A DNA stretch of 21,589 nucleotides, from the NCBI GenBank assembly GCA_903898645.1, contig CAIUGE010000018.1, forward strand, positions 1-21,589, in the 5' to 3' direction. The stretch is from Oligoflexia bacterium (GTDB taxonomy: Bacteria; Bdellovibrionota; UBA1018). Below the pieces are notes generated by a model. That model saw nothing but the letters and a program-made list of their open reading frames with translations, was not told the DNA's origin and made no database searches. Of this stretch, positions 1 to 8,251 are shown piece after piece; position 1 is the stretch's first letter; each line of letters starts with the position of its first letter. The translations under genes and the position numbers were made by a program.

Positions 1-146
1 TCATTGGCAGCAAGGTAGATGTTGAGGAGGGTTGTTTGATGGGAGCAGTGTGAGTCGAGAGGTTCAAGCACTGTTCTGAGAGAGGCCAGGGGTGAAATTC
101 TTCTGGCCCACTCACCACAAGTATTACAAGTGCACTTTCAAGTACT

Positions 147-776
147 GTGAGTAGTCCTTGGGTACTTAGTTCTTCGAATATCTATTTCAATACTGGGGCA
201 GTTGGGATTGGAAGCTCAGCACCTACGCGTGCCCTGGATGTCAATGGGAGTGTAGCGGTGAGTGGAAGTGTAGCTGCTACAGCTTATGCAGGCATATCAA
301 CATCATTTTCAGGTGTGTCGAATGTAACGATAAACATTGATTTATCGACGTATCAAATGGTGGAAATAATACTGAATGTTGGTTTTAGTGGTGCAAATTA
401 TCCTGATTTACAGTTCAAAGAAAACAGTTCTTCGAATTTTAATTACACGTATGGTGGTATTTTTACTAAATTCAATAATCTGCTCGCTCCTTTGACGGAC
501 AGCACTAATGCACTTATGAAAAATTGTGAGGCCGGTGGTAGTTATCAATTCGGCGGAAGCGCTACAATCCGCATGTATAAGCCGCCAGTGCCTGGAGCAA
601 CTAGCTCGGTGTACCCCATTGAGGCACATGGTACGTATACGTATGGAGGCCTTGGCCCAGCGAGCTTGGCTGTTCTTGCGGCGCACGTTGGATCAACGCC
701 ACTGCCATCAATATATCTTGCGACCTCCAATGGTGCGCTGATGAGCGGAACCTATATCGTTCATAATAATTTATGA
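147..776 (+). CDS. Hypothetical Gly/Ser/Thr-rich protein with a phage-tail-fibre-like motif (NIYFNTGAVGIGSSAPTRALDVNGSVAVSG). GTG start, possibly a remnant of a longer gene.
   Basis: The 209-codon ORF has no in-frame ATG; the frame opens at 96 after a TGA at 93-95, and GTG at 147 is the first usable start. The motif G-x-VGIG-x-x-P-x-x-x-LDV-x-G resembles the repeat found in many phage tail-fibre or collar proteins (recalled, not searched). The shorter ORFs overlapping it on both strands are taken as spurious. Confidence 0.4.
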   Translation: MSSPWVLSSSNIYFNTGAVGIGSSAPTRALDVNGSVAVSGSVAATAYAGISTSFSGVSNVTINIDLSTYQMVEIILNVGFSGANYPDLQFKENSSSNFNYTYGGIFTKFNNLLAPLTDSTNALMKNCEAGGSYQFGGSATIRMYKPPVPGATSSVYPIEAHGTYTYGGLGPASLAVLAAHVGSTPLPSIYLATSNGALMSGTYIVHNNL

Positions 777-876
777 CACAGGCTTGATGACGCATCGCAA
801 TTAACGCGCATAATTAAACCATTCGTATTGATCGGGTTTTGCTATTTCAAAAATAATCCGAGAAGCACTTAGTTCT

Positions 877-2106
877 ATGAGACTTATCATTTTTTTCTTT
901 TTTTGCAGTATGAGGGAAGGGGTCGCGATCTGTTTTCCACCTTGGGCGGGTAATCATATACGTGACGTGCCTGGTATACTGTCGCATGCTGCAGCTCGTC
1001 AGAATTTTAGAACCATGCTAGGCAATTCTTATAATGAACGTGAATTTCAGAGTACGTTGAAAAGATTGCGTGAGATATTTGGGAAGCTTGATGTGGCAGG
1101 GGTGCATGAACTTTGCCCTAACACTCCCGAGGGATGTTGGCTGAGTGGTCCAGCCTTAGTTCAAAAACGAACAGACAAACAAACGCAAAGAAATGTCATA
1201 ACGCCGTGGCCGATATATGTTGGAGTTAAAAACAAAGAAGTAGTTGTCGGCGTCAAGTTGAGCGAGTATCACCATGAAATGGGTGGTCCTGTTAAACAAA
1301 TAGCGCCATTTGGTGCTGGTGGATATAAAAAAGCGTACCATACTATTGTATTTAATAAAGTTAATGGAATTTTTGTGCCTCAAGCGTATGTTGGTTTTGA
1401 GCTCCATCAGAAAGAAGAGAACAAGGAGGCGCTAGTAAGAGAAGCTGCTTTTGCTCAAAAGATGTATGGCAAAGTCATCGTGACTCCTGACGGCTATCTT
1501 GCTCCCCATGCCGGTAGCGAATTGTCTCCATATACTGCATGTGACAAATCAGAGCTTGCCAAAAATTTACAAAAATCAATAGAAACACTTCATGAGTATG
1601 GAGTTGTTCATAATGATTTAAAGCATGAAAATATTTTAGTCAGCAAGGACTGTGTTGTGACAATTATTGATCCTGGTATGGCAAGCAATCGAATAGCAGA
1701 TAAAATGAAAGATTTAAAAATCATGCTTCAGAATCCTAGTTTTAAGAAAAAGCTTCTTTCGAATATTATGTTTGGTGGAACGACTGGGTATATGCACAGC
1801 AAGGTGCCTGAGCTTTCTGAAGCAATAAGGACAATGAAAGAAAATAAGCAAAAAATAGGTCTCAAGCCTCACGAAGAGGTCAAATTACATGACACGATAG
1901 ATGAATTGACTTTCTACTTTGTTTCAAGGTGTAATGACTTCTGGGCTGCAAGACAGATCTATAAGGAAATGGGATGGGCAGTTGAAGAGGGTGCTTTTTT
2001 TGACGCCGAGTGCGATGGGCTGCTTCGAAGTCAGCCTGGAAACACAATGAAAGAAAAAACGCTTAAAAGCCATCCTGCACCAAAAAGGCCTGCCTGGAAG
2101 CCCTAA
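877..2106 (+). CDS. Eukaryotic-like (Hanks-type) protein-kinase-domain protein, atypical (DPG in place of DFG).
   Basis: Catalytic-loop motif HNDLKHENIL (1609-1638) matches HRDLKPENIL. It is followed by IIDPGMA (DPG at 1677-1685, the Mg-binding DFG position) and by GTTGYMHSKVPE, which resembles the GTxxYMAPE activation-segment motif. An upstream Gly-rich FGAGGYKK is a possible P-loop. Alternative start M at 910. Stop TAA at 2104-2106. Confidence 0.6.
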   Translation: MRLIIFFFFCSMREGVAICFPPWAGNHIRDVPGILSHAAARQNFRTMLGNSYNEREFQSTLKRLREIFGKLDVAGVHELCPNTPEGCWLSGPALVQKRTDKQTQRNVITPWPIYVGVKNKEVVVGVKLSEYHHEMGGPVKQIAPFGAGGYKKAYHTIVFNKVNGIFVPQAYVGFELHQKEENKEALVREAAFAQKMYGKVIVTPDGYLAPHAGSELSPYTACDKSELAKNLQKSIETLHEYGVVHNDLKHENILVSKDCVVTIIDPGMASNRIADKMKDLKIMLQNPSFKKKLLSNIMFGGTTGYMHSKVPELSEAIRTMKENKQKIGLKPHEEVKLHDTIDELTFYFVSRCNDFWAARQIYKEMGWAVEEGAFFDAECDGLLRSQPGNTMKEKTLKSHPAPKRPAWKP

Positions 2107-2114
2107 AAGAATAC

Positions 2115-2199
2115 TGGTGCGCGAACGGGGACTCGAACCCCGACACCTTTCGGCATACGCCCCTCAAGCGTACGTGTCTACCAATTCCACCACCCGCGC
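2115..2199 (-). tRNA. tRNA-Leu (anticodon GAG), class II with long variable arm, CCA encoded.
   Basis: The reverse complement folds as a cloverleaf. Acceptor GCGCGGG pairs with TTCGCGC (two G-U pairs). D-arm GTGG/AATTGGTAGA/CAC. Anticodon stem TACGC/GCGTA with loop TTGAGGG gives anticodon GAG. Variable arm is 13 nt. T-arm CGGGG-TTCGAGT-CCCCG, discriminator A, CCA. The layout parallels E. coli tRNA-Leu. Confidence 0.85.
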
Positions 2200-2239
2200 A
2201 AAGGGTATCGAATATGTCTAACCCGATAGACAAACTCTG

Positions 2240-2956
2240 TCAAGAGCTCCCAAGATAAGATTGTCGTAAAAGATCAGATGCCAAAAGCTCTGAGGCTGGA
2301 GCTTCTGCTACAATGGAGCCTGTCTCCAGCACAATGCCTCGATGGGCTATGCGGAGAGCTTGGAGGGCGTTCTGCTCAACAAGGAGTATCGTGACCCCAT
2401 GCTCAGCATTGAGCTGTTGAATAATACGAAAGATTTTCGCAATCATCTGTGGCGCAAGTCCGAGGCTCGGCTCGTCAAGCAAAAGAATGTCGGGATAGGC
2501 CATCAATGCACGGGCCATTGCCAGCATCTGCTGTTCACCTCCAGACAATGTGCCTGCATTTTGAGAGAATCTTTCCTTGAGGCGAGGGAACAGAGCAAGA
2601 ATCCGTTGCTGATCTTCAGTGAAGAGTCCTTTGCGACGATTACTCCATGTGCCAAGCTCAAGATTATCGGCTACTGTGAGATTAAGAAAAATGCCTCGGC
2701 CTTCAGGGACGTGGCTCATGCCAATTCGGGCTATCTGATGCGTTTTTAAGCCTAGGATGGGTTTGCCATCAAATACCACCTTGCCGGCGCTCGGTTGAAT
2801 GAGTCCTGAGAGTGCTCGTAAAATGCTCGTTTTACCAGCACCGTTTGACCCAATAAGCGTGACAATATGTCCACGTTTGATAGAGAAGCTGACCTGGCGA
2901 ATAGCACAGATGGCGCCATAATGGATGCTCAGATTTTCAACATCAAGATGGATCAT
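2240..2956 (-). CDS. livF: Branched-chain amino-acid ABC transporter, ATP-binding protein LivF.
   Basis: Walker A GSNGAGKT, signature LSGGEQQML, Walker B LLLDEP. N-terminal MIHLDVENLSIHYG is typical of LivF. ATGA start/stop overlap with the upstream gene. Confidence 0.9.
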   Translation of the reverse strand: MIHLDVENLSIHYGAICAIRQVSFSIKRGHIVTLIGSNGAGKTSILRALSGLIQPSAGKVVFDGKPILGLKTHQIARIGMSHVPEGRGIFLNLTVADNLELGTWSNRRKGLFTEDQQRILALFPRLKERFSQNAGTLSGGEQQMLAMARALMAYPDILLLDEPSLGLAPQMIAKIFRIIQQLNAEHGVTILLVEQNALQALRIAHRGIVLETGSIVAEAPASELLASDLLRQSYLGSS

Positions 2957-3741
2957 GGCTCACTCCCTAAATATGCTTCGATGACACGAGGGTTCTTTTG
3001 AATTTCGTGGGGTGTGCCTTCGGCAATTTTTACTCCATAATCAAGGACTATGATCCTTTCGCAGACATTCATCACAAGATGCATATCATGCTCAATCACG
3101 AGTATGGTCATCGCATGCTCTTTTTGTAAGAAGCGGATGAGGTTGATGAGTGTTTCTGTTTCGGCTGGGTTGAGTCCTGCTGCAGGCTCGTCAAGTAGAA
3201 GAAGGCGAGCACCTGTTGCCATGGCTCTTGCGATTTCTAGTCTCCGCTGATCTCCATAAGGAAGGTTTTTGGCAAGCATATGTATTCGGGTTTCTAAATG
3301 AAAAAGTTCAAGGAGCTTTTTTGCTTGAGCGACCTGCAAGGCTGCATACCGTCGAGATCGAGGAGATCCAAAAATCCATTCGAGTGCGAGGATGTTATTG
3401 TTGCCGTCAGATGCAACAAGGATATTGTCTAGTACGGAAAGCTCCCTGAAGAGTCGGATGTTTTGAAAGGTTCTTGCGACATGGAGTTTTCTCGTAATGC
3501 AGCTTGGCGATTTTCCAATCAGTGCTTGCCCAAAAACATGGATAGAGCCTGCTGTGGGGCGGTACACGCCTGTGAGCATATTAAAAATCGTTGTCTTACC
3601 TGCTCCATTAGGACCAATGAGTCCATAGATTACCTGAGGTGGAATGGTTATTTGAAGATCACGAACAGCACGGAGCCCGCCAAAGGCAATACTTAGATTT
3701 TGGATTTCAAGGGCCTTCATGATCGCCCCCGTTTGCGCCAT
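2953..3741 (-). CDS. livG: Branched-chain amino-acid ABC transporter, ATP-binding protein LivG.
   Basis: Walker A GPNGAGKTT, LLLDEPAAGLNP, and the LivG-typical MLTGVYRPTAG motif. Overlaps livM by 25 nt. Confidence 0.9.
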   Translation of the reverse strand: MAQTGAIMKALEIQNLSIAFGGLRAVRDLQITIPPQVIYGLIGPNGAGKTTIFNMLTGVYRPTAGSIHVFGQALIGKSPSCITRKLHVARTFQNIRLFRELSVLDNILVASDGNNNILALEWIFGSPRSRRYAALQVAQAKKLLELFHLETRIHMLAKNLPYGDQRRLEIARAMATGARLLLLDEPAAGLNPAETETLINLIRFLQKEHAMTILVIEHDMHLVMNVCERIIVLDYGVKIAEGTPHEIQKNPRVIEAYLGSEP

Positions 3742-4631
3742 TTGGAGCTCAAAATGCCTTCTGGGGAAAGGAGCATGAGACTAATAAGCATGATGGCATA
3801 GATGATCATACGGAAATCTATGCGAGTAATGTCTTGGAGAGGACGGAGGGCTTCTCGCATAAAGGTAAGGAGGAAGGCTGCGATAATCGAGCCTCGGATG
3901 TTTCCCATCCCGCCAAGTACGACGATAATGATGATTTCAAAACTCCGGTTAAAGTCGAAAATCTGAGGATTCAGGTATCTCAGGGTGTGAGCAAAAAGTG
4001 CACCGGCACAGCCTGCGAAAAAAGCACCTATCACAAATGCCTGGAGCTTAGCATGAGTTGTGTCGACCCCCATGGCCTCAGCTGCCACTTCGTCTTCACG
4101 GACTGCAAGGAATGCGCGTCCATAGGGAGATCGTAAAATACGTTCTATAGAAAAAAGAGTAATAACCATGCATCCAAAGACCCATGAAAAATTCGACAAA
4201 TGCGCGATATTAGGCAGCCCTCTTGCACCTCCAATGACATTGATGTTGAGTAGAACAACACGGATAATTTCTCCAAATCCAAGCGTCACGATGGCAAGGT
4301 AATCGCCTCTGAGTCTCAGAGATGGCAGGCCAACGATGAGGCCTGCAAAAGCAGCGACACATCCGGCAGTTAGGATAGCAAGTGGAAAGAGGCCTGTCTG
4401 TATAGGCAATGAGAGCGTTATTAAGGCGGCAATATAGCCGCCAATTGACATAAAGCCTGCATGGCCCATAGAAAATTGACCTGTACAACCATTCACAAGA
4501 TTGAGACTCATAGCGAGGATGGCGTTGATCCCTGCATAAAGTAAGATAGATACAATATAGGAATCAACAGATGGGATAATAAAATACCCAATGAGCCATA
4601 TCGCGCCGAGCGCCACGATGAGTTTTTTCAT
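3717..4631 (-). CDS. livM: Branched-chain amino-acid ABC transporter permease LivM.
   Basis: Polytopic hydrophobic 304-aa protein between livH and livG. Its composition matches LivM-family permeases. ATGA overlap with the livH stop. Confidence 0.8.
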   Translation of the reverse strand: MKKLIVALGAIWLIGYFIIPSVDSYIVSILLYAGINAILAMSLNLVNGCTGQFSMGHAGFMSIGGYIAALITLSLPIQTGLFPLAILTAGCVAAFAGLIVGLPSLRLRGDYLAIVTLGFGEIIRVVLLNINVIGGARGLPNIAHLSNFSWVFGCMVITLFSIERILRSPYGRAFLAVREDEVAAEAMGVDTTHAKLQAFVIGAFFAGCAGALFAHTLRYLNPQIFDFNRSFEIIIIVVLGGMGNIRGSIIAAFLLTFMREALRPLQDITRIDFRMIIYAIMLISLMLLSPEGILSSKWRKRGRS

Positions 4632-5530
4632 ACCTTTTCCGTTGCCTTGGTTCCAAGAAGGCCTGTTGGCTTGAAAAGCAGTATCAAAATAAGAAGCCCA
4701 AAGGCGAGTGCATCCTTGTAGGTAGGTGCCCAGTACCCAACAAGAAACTCTTCAGCAAGTCCGAGAAGCATGGCTCCTACTACGGCTCCTGTGATATTGC
4801 CAATGCCCCCAAGGACGGCAGAAATAAATGCCTTGAGTCCTGGCATGACGCCCATCAACGGCTCTATTTTTGGGTAGGCAAGACCGACGAGAACACCGGC
4901 TGCGCCAGCTAAGGCTGAGCCCAGCATAAAGGTGAGTGAGATAACGCGATCGGTAGGGATGCCCATCAGAGCTGCGAGCTCATGATTGAAGCTCACAGCC
5001 CGCATTGCGCGCCCCGTGCGTGTTTTCATGATGATTGTTTGAAGGATGATCATAAGCCCGAGCGAGATAACAAAGACAATGATTTGGATCGGGTTTATTG
5101 TCAGTTCACCAACATGGATCATGCCTGATGGCCGGTAGAGTTGAGGGAAAAATTTGGCATCAGAGCCGAAGAAGAGCTGGCCCGAGAATTGAAGGAGCAG
5201 GGAAACGCCAACAGATGTAATAAGTACATTGATACGAGGGGCATGGCGCAGGGGGCGGTAGGCACAGCGCTCAATAATGTAGCCAGCAAGAGCGCAGCCT
5301 GTCATTGCCGCTCCTAGGGCAATCAGGAGGGAGCTGATTCCAGGATTGTCGTCCAAATGGAGCCATTGCGAGGTATAAAATCCGATAAAGGCACCCAGCA
5401 TGTAGAGGTCTCCGTGGGCGAAGTTGATCAGCTGCAAAACACCAAAGACCATCGTGTAGCCAAGAGCTATAAGAGCATAGATACTGCCAAGCGATAGACC
5501 ATTGATCACATGCTGAACAAATTCAACCAT
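4628..5530 (-). CDS. livH: Branched-chain amino-acid ABC transporter permease LivH.
   Basis: The N-terminus MVEFVQHVINGLSLGSIYALIALGYTMVFGVLQLINFAHGDLYMLGAF closely parallels E. coli LivH (…GSTYALIAIGYTMVYGIIGMINFAHGEVYMIGSY). Confidence 0.9.
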   Translation of the reverse strand: MVEFVQHVINGLSLGSIYALIALGYTMVFGVLQLINFAHGDLYMLGAFIGFYTSQWLHLDDNPGISSLLIALGAAMTGCALAGYIIERCAYRPLRHAPRINVLITSVGVSLLLQFSGQLFFGSDAKFFPQLYRPSGMIHVGELTINPIQIIVFVISLGLMIILQTIIMKTRTGRAMRAVSFNHELAALMGIPTDRVISLTFMLGSALAGAAGVLVGLAYPKIEPLMGVMPGLKAFISAVLGGIGNITGAVVGAMLLGLAEEFLVGYWAPTYKDALAFGLLILILLFKPTGLLGTKATEKV

Positions 5531-5642
5531 TCACGTATTCTCCCAAAGAAACATGTGCCTACCATTTTCTTGGTTTAAAAGCACGGTCCAATTTTGCCTT
5601 TAAGCATTGACCCTGCTAGGCCTGGTGGTAGTCTTCTTGGTC
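5531..5642. promoter_or_regulatory. Divergent intergenic region, presumed to hold promoters for livHMGF (leftward) and the xer-like gene (rightward).
   Basis: Only a 112-nt gap separates the divergently transcribed livH and the ORF starting at 5643. No sigma motifs could be confirmed by eye. Confidence 0.3.
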
Positions 5643-6464
5643 ATGAGTAAGAAAATTCCAATGAGGCTAGCTATCAAGAGTTTTCAGGGGTTTTTGGAGG
5701 GTACCGGGCGTTCTGCGAATACGTGTCGCAATTATGTGCTCGATCTTGAGGCTTTCGCTGAGTTCTGCCCAACGATTGACCAGATCACAGACGGCGTCAT
5801 TGCTCTTTTCCGGGAAGCACTCAAAGCACAAGGTCTTGGTGCTAATACAAGGCGTCGCAAGCTTTTGACACTTTCGCTTTTTTTTAAATATCTTGCGCGG
5901 CGCAAAAAGATTGACCTTTTGTTCGCAAGAAAAATGCCAGCGCCACATAAAGTAGAGCGTATCCCAGAGACAGTACCGCTTGCTGATTTTAAAGCGGCAG
6001 TTCTCCAATTGCCACAAGGTCCTGTACGTCTCCTTCTTTGGGTGATGATTGAAACGGGCTGTCTTGTTAGTGAGCTGATTAAACTTCATCGTAATGACTG
6101 GGCCGTGCCTATTCTTGTGATTGATAAAGGGTGCTCTCGTGAGCGTACCTTGGTGCTTTCAGATAACATGTTGAGTAGTGAGCTTGAGTCCATGCCTCAA
6201 GGCAGTCTGTTTCCTGGGCGTACGTCTGTCGGATGTATGTCTGCGCGTGCTGTTGAGCTGGTTCTTGCAGACCTCTCTCCCCAACTTATTGGACATCATG
6301 TAACGCCTCGCGTTTTGCGCCATTCTGTTGTGCGTTTTTGGTTTGAGCAAGGGGTGGGTCAGGATGAGATTAAAAGGCGGCTTGGCTTGAAAAGTAACTA
6401 TGCTTTCAAAGCGTATGGCGCTCTTTTAGATCCAACTTTTAAAGAGCATCCAAGCCCGAAATGA
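5643..6464 (+). CDS. Xer-like tyrosine recombinase paralogue with degenerate catalytic residues (possibly inactive or variant).
   Basis: N-terminal SAM-like domain (FLEGTGRSANTCRNYVLDLEAF, compare LSxNTLxAYRRDL). In the C-terminal catalytic region ETGCLVSEL has Cys where the conserved Arg of GLRxSEL sits (TGT at 6060-6062). RVLRHS has Arg at the first His position of HxLRHS. The Tyr-containing KAYGALL aligns with QIYTHL. The ATG at 5643 is preferred over the TTG at 5607 given in the track. Confidence 0.6.
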   Translation: MSKKIPMRLAIKSFQGFLEGTGRSANTCRNYVLDLEAFAEFCPTIDQITDGVIALFREALKAQGLGANTRRRKLLTLSLFFKYLARRKKIDLLFARKMPAPHKVERIPETVPLADFKAAVLQLPQGPVRLLLWVMIETGCLVSELIKLHRNDWAVPILVIDKGCSRERTLVLSDNMLSSELESMPQGSLFPGRTSVGCMSARAVELVLADLSPQLIGHHVTPRVLRHSVVRFWFEQGVGQDEIKRRLGLKSNYAFKAYGALLDPTFKEHPSPK

Positions 6465-7715
6465 CTCAGAGGGGAGCTTGAGTGCAGCGAGGATTGGGTA
6501 AAAAAGTATAAAAAGACTGATGCAGAGACCGAGGTAGACTTTTCTTGGCCACGTAGCAAAATCTTTGTTACGAAAGAAGACATAGGCGAGGGCTAGGCTG
6601 AGCATCATGCCAGCAGGGTAATAGTAGTAGTAAAACTGAATCCTGCGTGGGATAAAAAACCAGCACCCGTAAAAAAGTACATAAAAGTAGATAATAAAAA
6701 AAGCGCTGCGTGCTCTTTGGTGCACTAACGCGCGCAGACAATAGATAAGCGCTAGCATACCACTCCACATGATTAAGGGGTTGCCGATCATCAGAACGCC
6801 ACGTATCGAATCTTTTCCTTCCTTATCAAAGGAATACCAGATAGGGCGCCTGAGAAGTGGCCAGTCAAGAGGGTAGCTCATGTAGGGGTGATTGCTGATA
6901 ACACGAAGCTGGCCCCCGTACATGGTGATCTGTGCTTGGATAAGCTCCGAGAGGGATCGTGGTCCACCTGGTGTGAGAAAAAGAGGGATGTAGGTGAGTG
7001 CATACACACCAAGAGGCAGAAAGATAAAACAGACCGCAATATCTTGAAAGGTTATCCCTTGCCAGAGTTTTTGACTGTACCAGTCAGTTTGTCTGGGTGT
7101 ATCAAAAAAAACGCGCCACGATTGAAGTGTGCGGACCAAAAGGATAAGACCTAGGATACCAAGCCATGGAATGATCCCAAACCATTTGCATGCTATTGTG
7201 AGCCCAAGCAATATGCCTGTACGTGCCCAGAGGGTTACAGTTGCTGTCTGTGAGGCACCCTCGATTCTCCAGCTATCTGCGAAGAATGCCAGTGCCCAGA
7301 TCAAAAAGCCAATCATATAGCTATCAAGCATCCCGATTCTGGCTTGCACAAAAAGAAGGTTATTTGAAAGGGTGACCACTGCAACAAAAAGAGCAGCCTT
7401 TTTGCTACGGAAGAGATTGAGGGCAAGTGTGTACATGCCAGCAAGGGTAATACCGCCAAAGACAGCACTGAGAAAACGCCATCCAAAGGGTCTGTCGCCA
7501 AAAAGCCAGATGCTGACAGCGAGGATCATTTTACCAAGGGGGGGGTGTTCCCAGTTCTGATTTGTTTTCCATGTAAGGATCTGGTTTGCTGAGGGGACAT
7601 AATGGAATTCATCAAAACTAGCGCCACGCGGAAATTGAATATTGATCAGGAAAAATGCGGTACTGAGAAAAAACAGAATAATGGGGATTTTCAAAGGCGA
7701 GTTTTTCAGGTACAC
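6426..7715 (-). CDS. PMT/ArnT-like GT-C family membrane glycosyltransferase (PMT_2 / GT39/GT83-like).
   Basis: A 429-aa polytopic membrane protein. The first periplasmic loop carries FDEFHY, which resembles the DE motif of dolichyl/undecaprenyl-phosphate-sugar glycosyltransferases. GDRPFGWRFLSAVFG-type segments follow. It overlaps the convergent xer-like gene by 39 nt. Confidence 0.55.
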   Translation of the reverse strand: MYLKNSPLKIPIILFFLSTAFFLINIQFPRGASFDEFHYVPSANQILTWKTNQNWEHPPLGKMILAVSIWLFGDRPFGWRFLSAVFGGITLAGMYTLALNLFRSKKAALFVAVVTLSNNLLFVQARIGMLDSYMIGFLIWALAFFADSWRIEGASQTATVTLWARTGILLGLTIACKWFGIIPWLGILGLILLVRTLQSWRVFFDTPRQTDWYSQKLWQGITFQDIAVCFIFLPLGVYALTYIPLFLTPGGPRSLSELIQAQITMYGGQLRVISNHPYMSYPLDWPLLRRPIWYSFDKEGKDSIRGVLMIGNPLIMWSGMLALIYCLRALVHQRARSAFFIIYFYVLFYGCWFFIPRRIQFYYYYYPAGMMLSLALAYVFFRNKDFATWPRKVYLGLCISLFILFYPILAALKLPSESFRAWMLFKSWI

Positions 7716-7768
7716 CGAATAGAAGACTAGATCGAGTCAACATTTTCGTCAAGAAAGAAGAGTACAAT

Positions 7769-8251
7769 ATGCATTCGAATGATCCATGTCCATGCGGGAG
7801 CTTGAAGAAATATAAACGTTGCTGTGGAAAAAAACCAACGGATGCTCCCGTTGTTGTTGATCCTCAGTCCATGAAGGATGCGGCGCAAAATATGGATCCT
7901 GCGATGATGCAGTCAGTGATGGGTGTGTTGCAAAAGATGCCCAAGGGGCAACAGATTCGGTTTCAACAGCTTTCTCAGAAAATAATGCAGGGGAAAAATG
8001 TGACGCGCGAGCTCGCGGATCTTGAGCGGGGCATGGGTGCTGAAGTAAAGGCGCTTCTCGATGTCCTGAAGATGACTCCTCAGTTCCAGTCTGCTTTAGA
8101 GCCACAGGCAGAGATGAGTGTTGAGCAAGCTCAGGAGATCGTGCGTCAGGCTGTCGAAACAGGGAAAGTTTCTGAAACGGAAGCCAAAGAGCTGCTTGAA
8201 ACAAAAGAGACCACACTCTGGAATCGTATTTTTCCAGGAAAGAAAAAGTAA
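7769..8251 (+). CDS. SEC-C-motif (metal-binding CPCGSxKKYKxCCG) domain protein, YchJ-like.
   Basis: N-terminal DPCPCGSLKKYKRCCGK is a canonical SEC-C Zn-binding motif. The rest is helical and acidic. Stop and start overlap with the next gene as TAATG. Confidence 0.6.
   Translation: MHSNDPCPCGSLKKYKRCCGKKPTDAPVVVDPQSMKDAAQNMDPAMMQSVMGVLQKMPKGQQIRFQQLSQKIMQGKNVTRELADLERGMGAEVKALLDVLKMTPQFQSALEPQAEMSVEQAQEIVRQAVETGKVSETEAKELLETKETTLWNRIFPGKKK

Noticed and set aside
55-75. AGGTTCAAGC 10-mer shared between positions 58-67 and 21338-21347, resembling a tRNA T-loop.
   Set aside because: The flanks do not form T-stems or acceptor stems and do not align beyond the 10-mer. It is probably chance or a trace too short to interpret.
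408-795. Four overlapping ORFs of 61-92 aa on both strands inside the 147-776 ORF.
   Set aside because: They are nested within a longer ORF in a Gly/Ser-codon-rich region that naturally keeps alternative frames open. They have no RBS and no recognisable motifs.
2342-2749. 135-aa plus-strand ORF antisense to livF, plus several 60-100-aa ORFs antisense to livG, livM and livH.
   Set aside because: They lie entirely inside strongly supported ABC-transporter genes on the opposite strand. They are typical shadow ORFs.
5531-5642. A dif-like Xer recombination site near either recombinase gene.
   Set aside because: No 28-bp dif-like imperfect palindrome with a 6-bp central spacer was found in the intergenic regions at 5531-5642 or 7716-7768.
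7749-8216. 155-aa minus-strand ORF antisense to the SEC-C-motif gene.
   Set aside because: It overlaps a gene with a clear conserved motif and a coupled downstream operon. The protein is Ser/Pro-rich and low-complexity with no start context.
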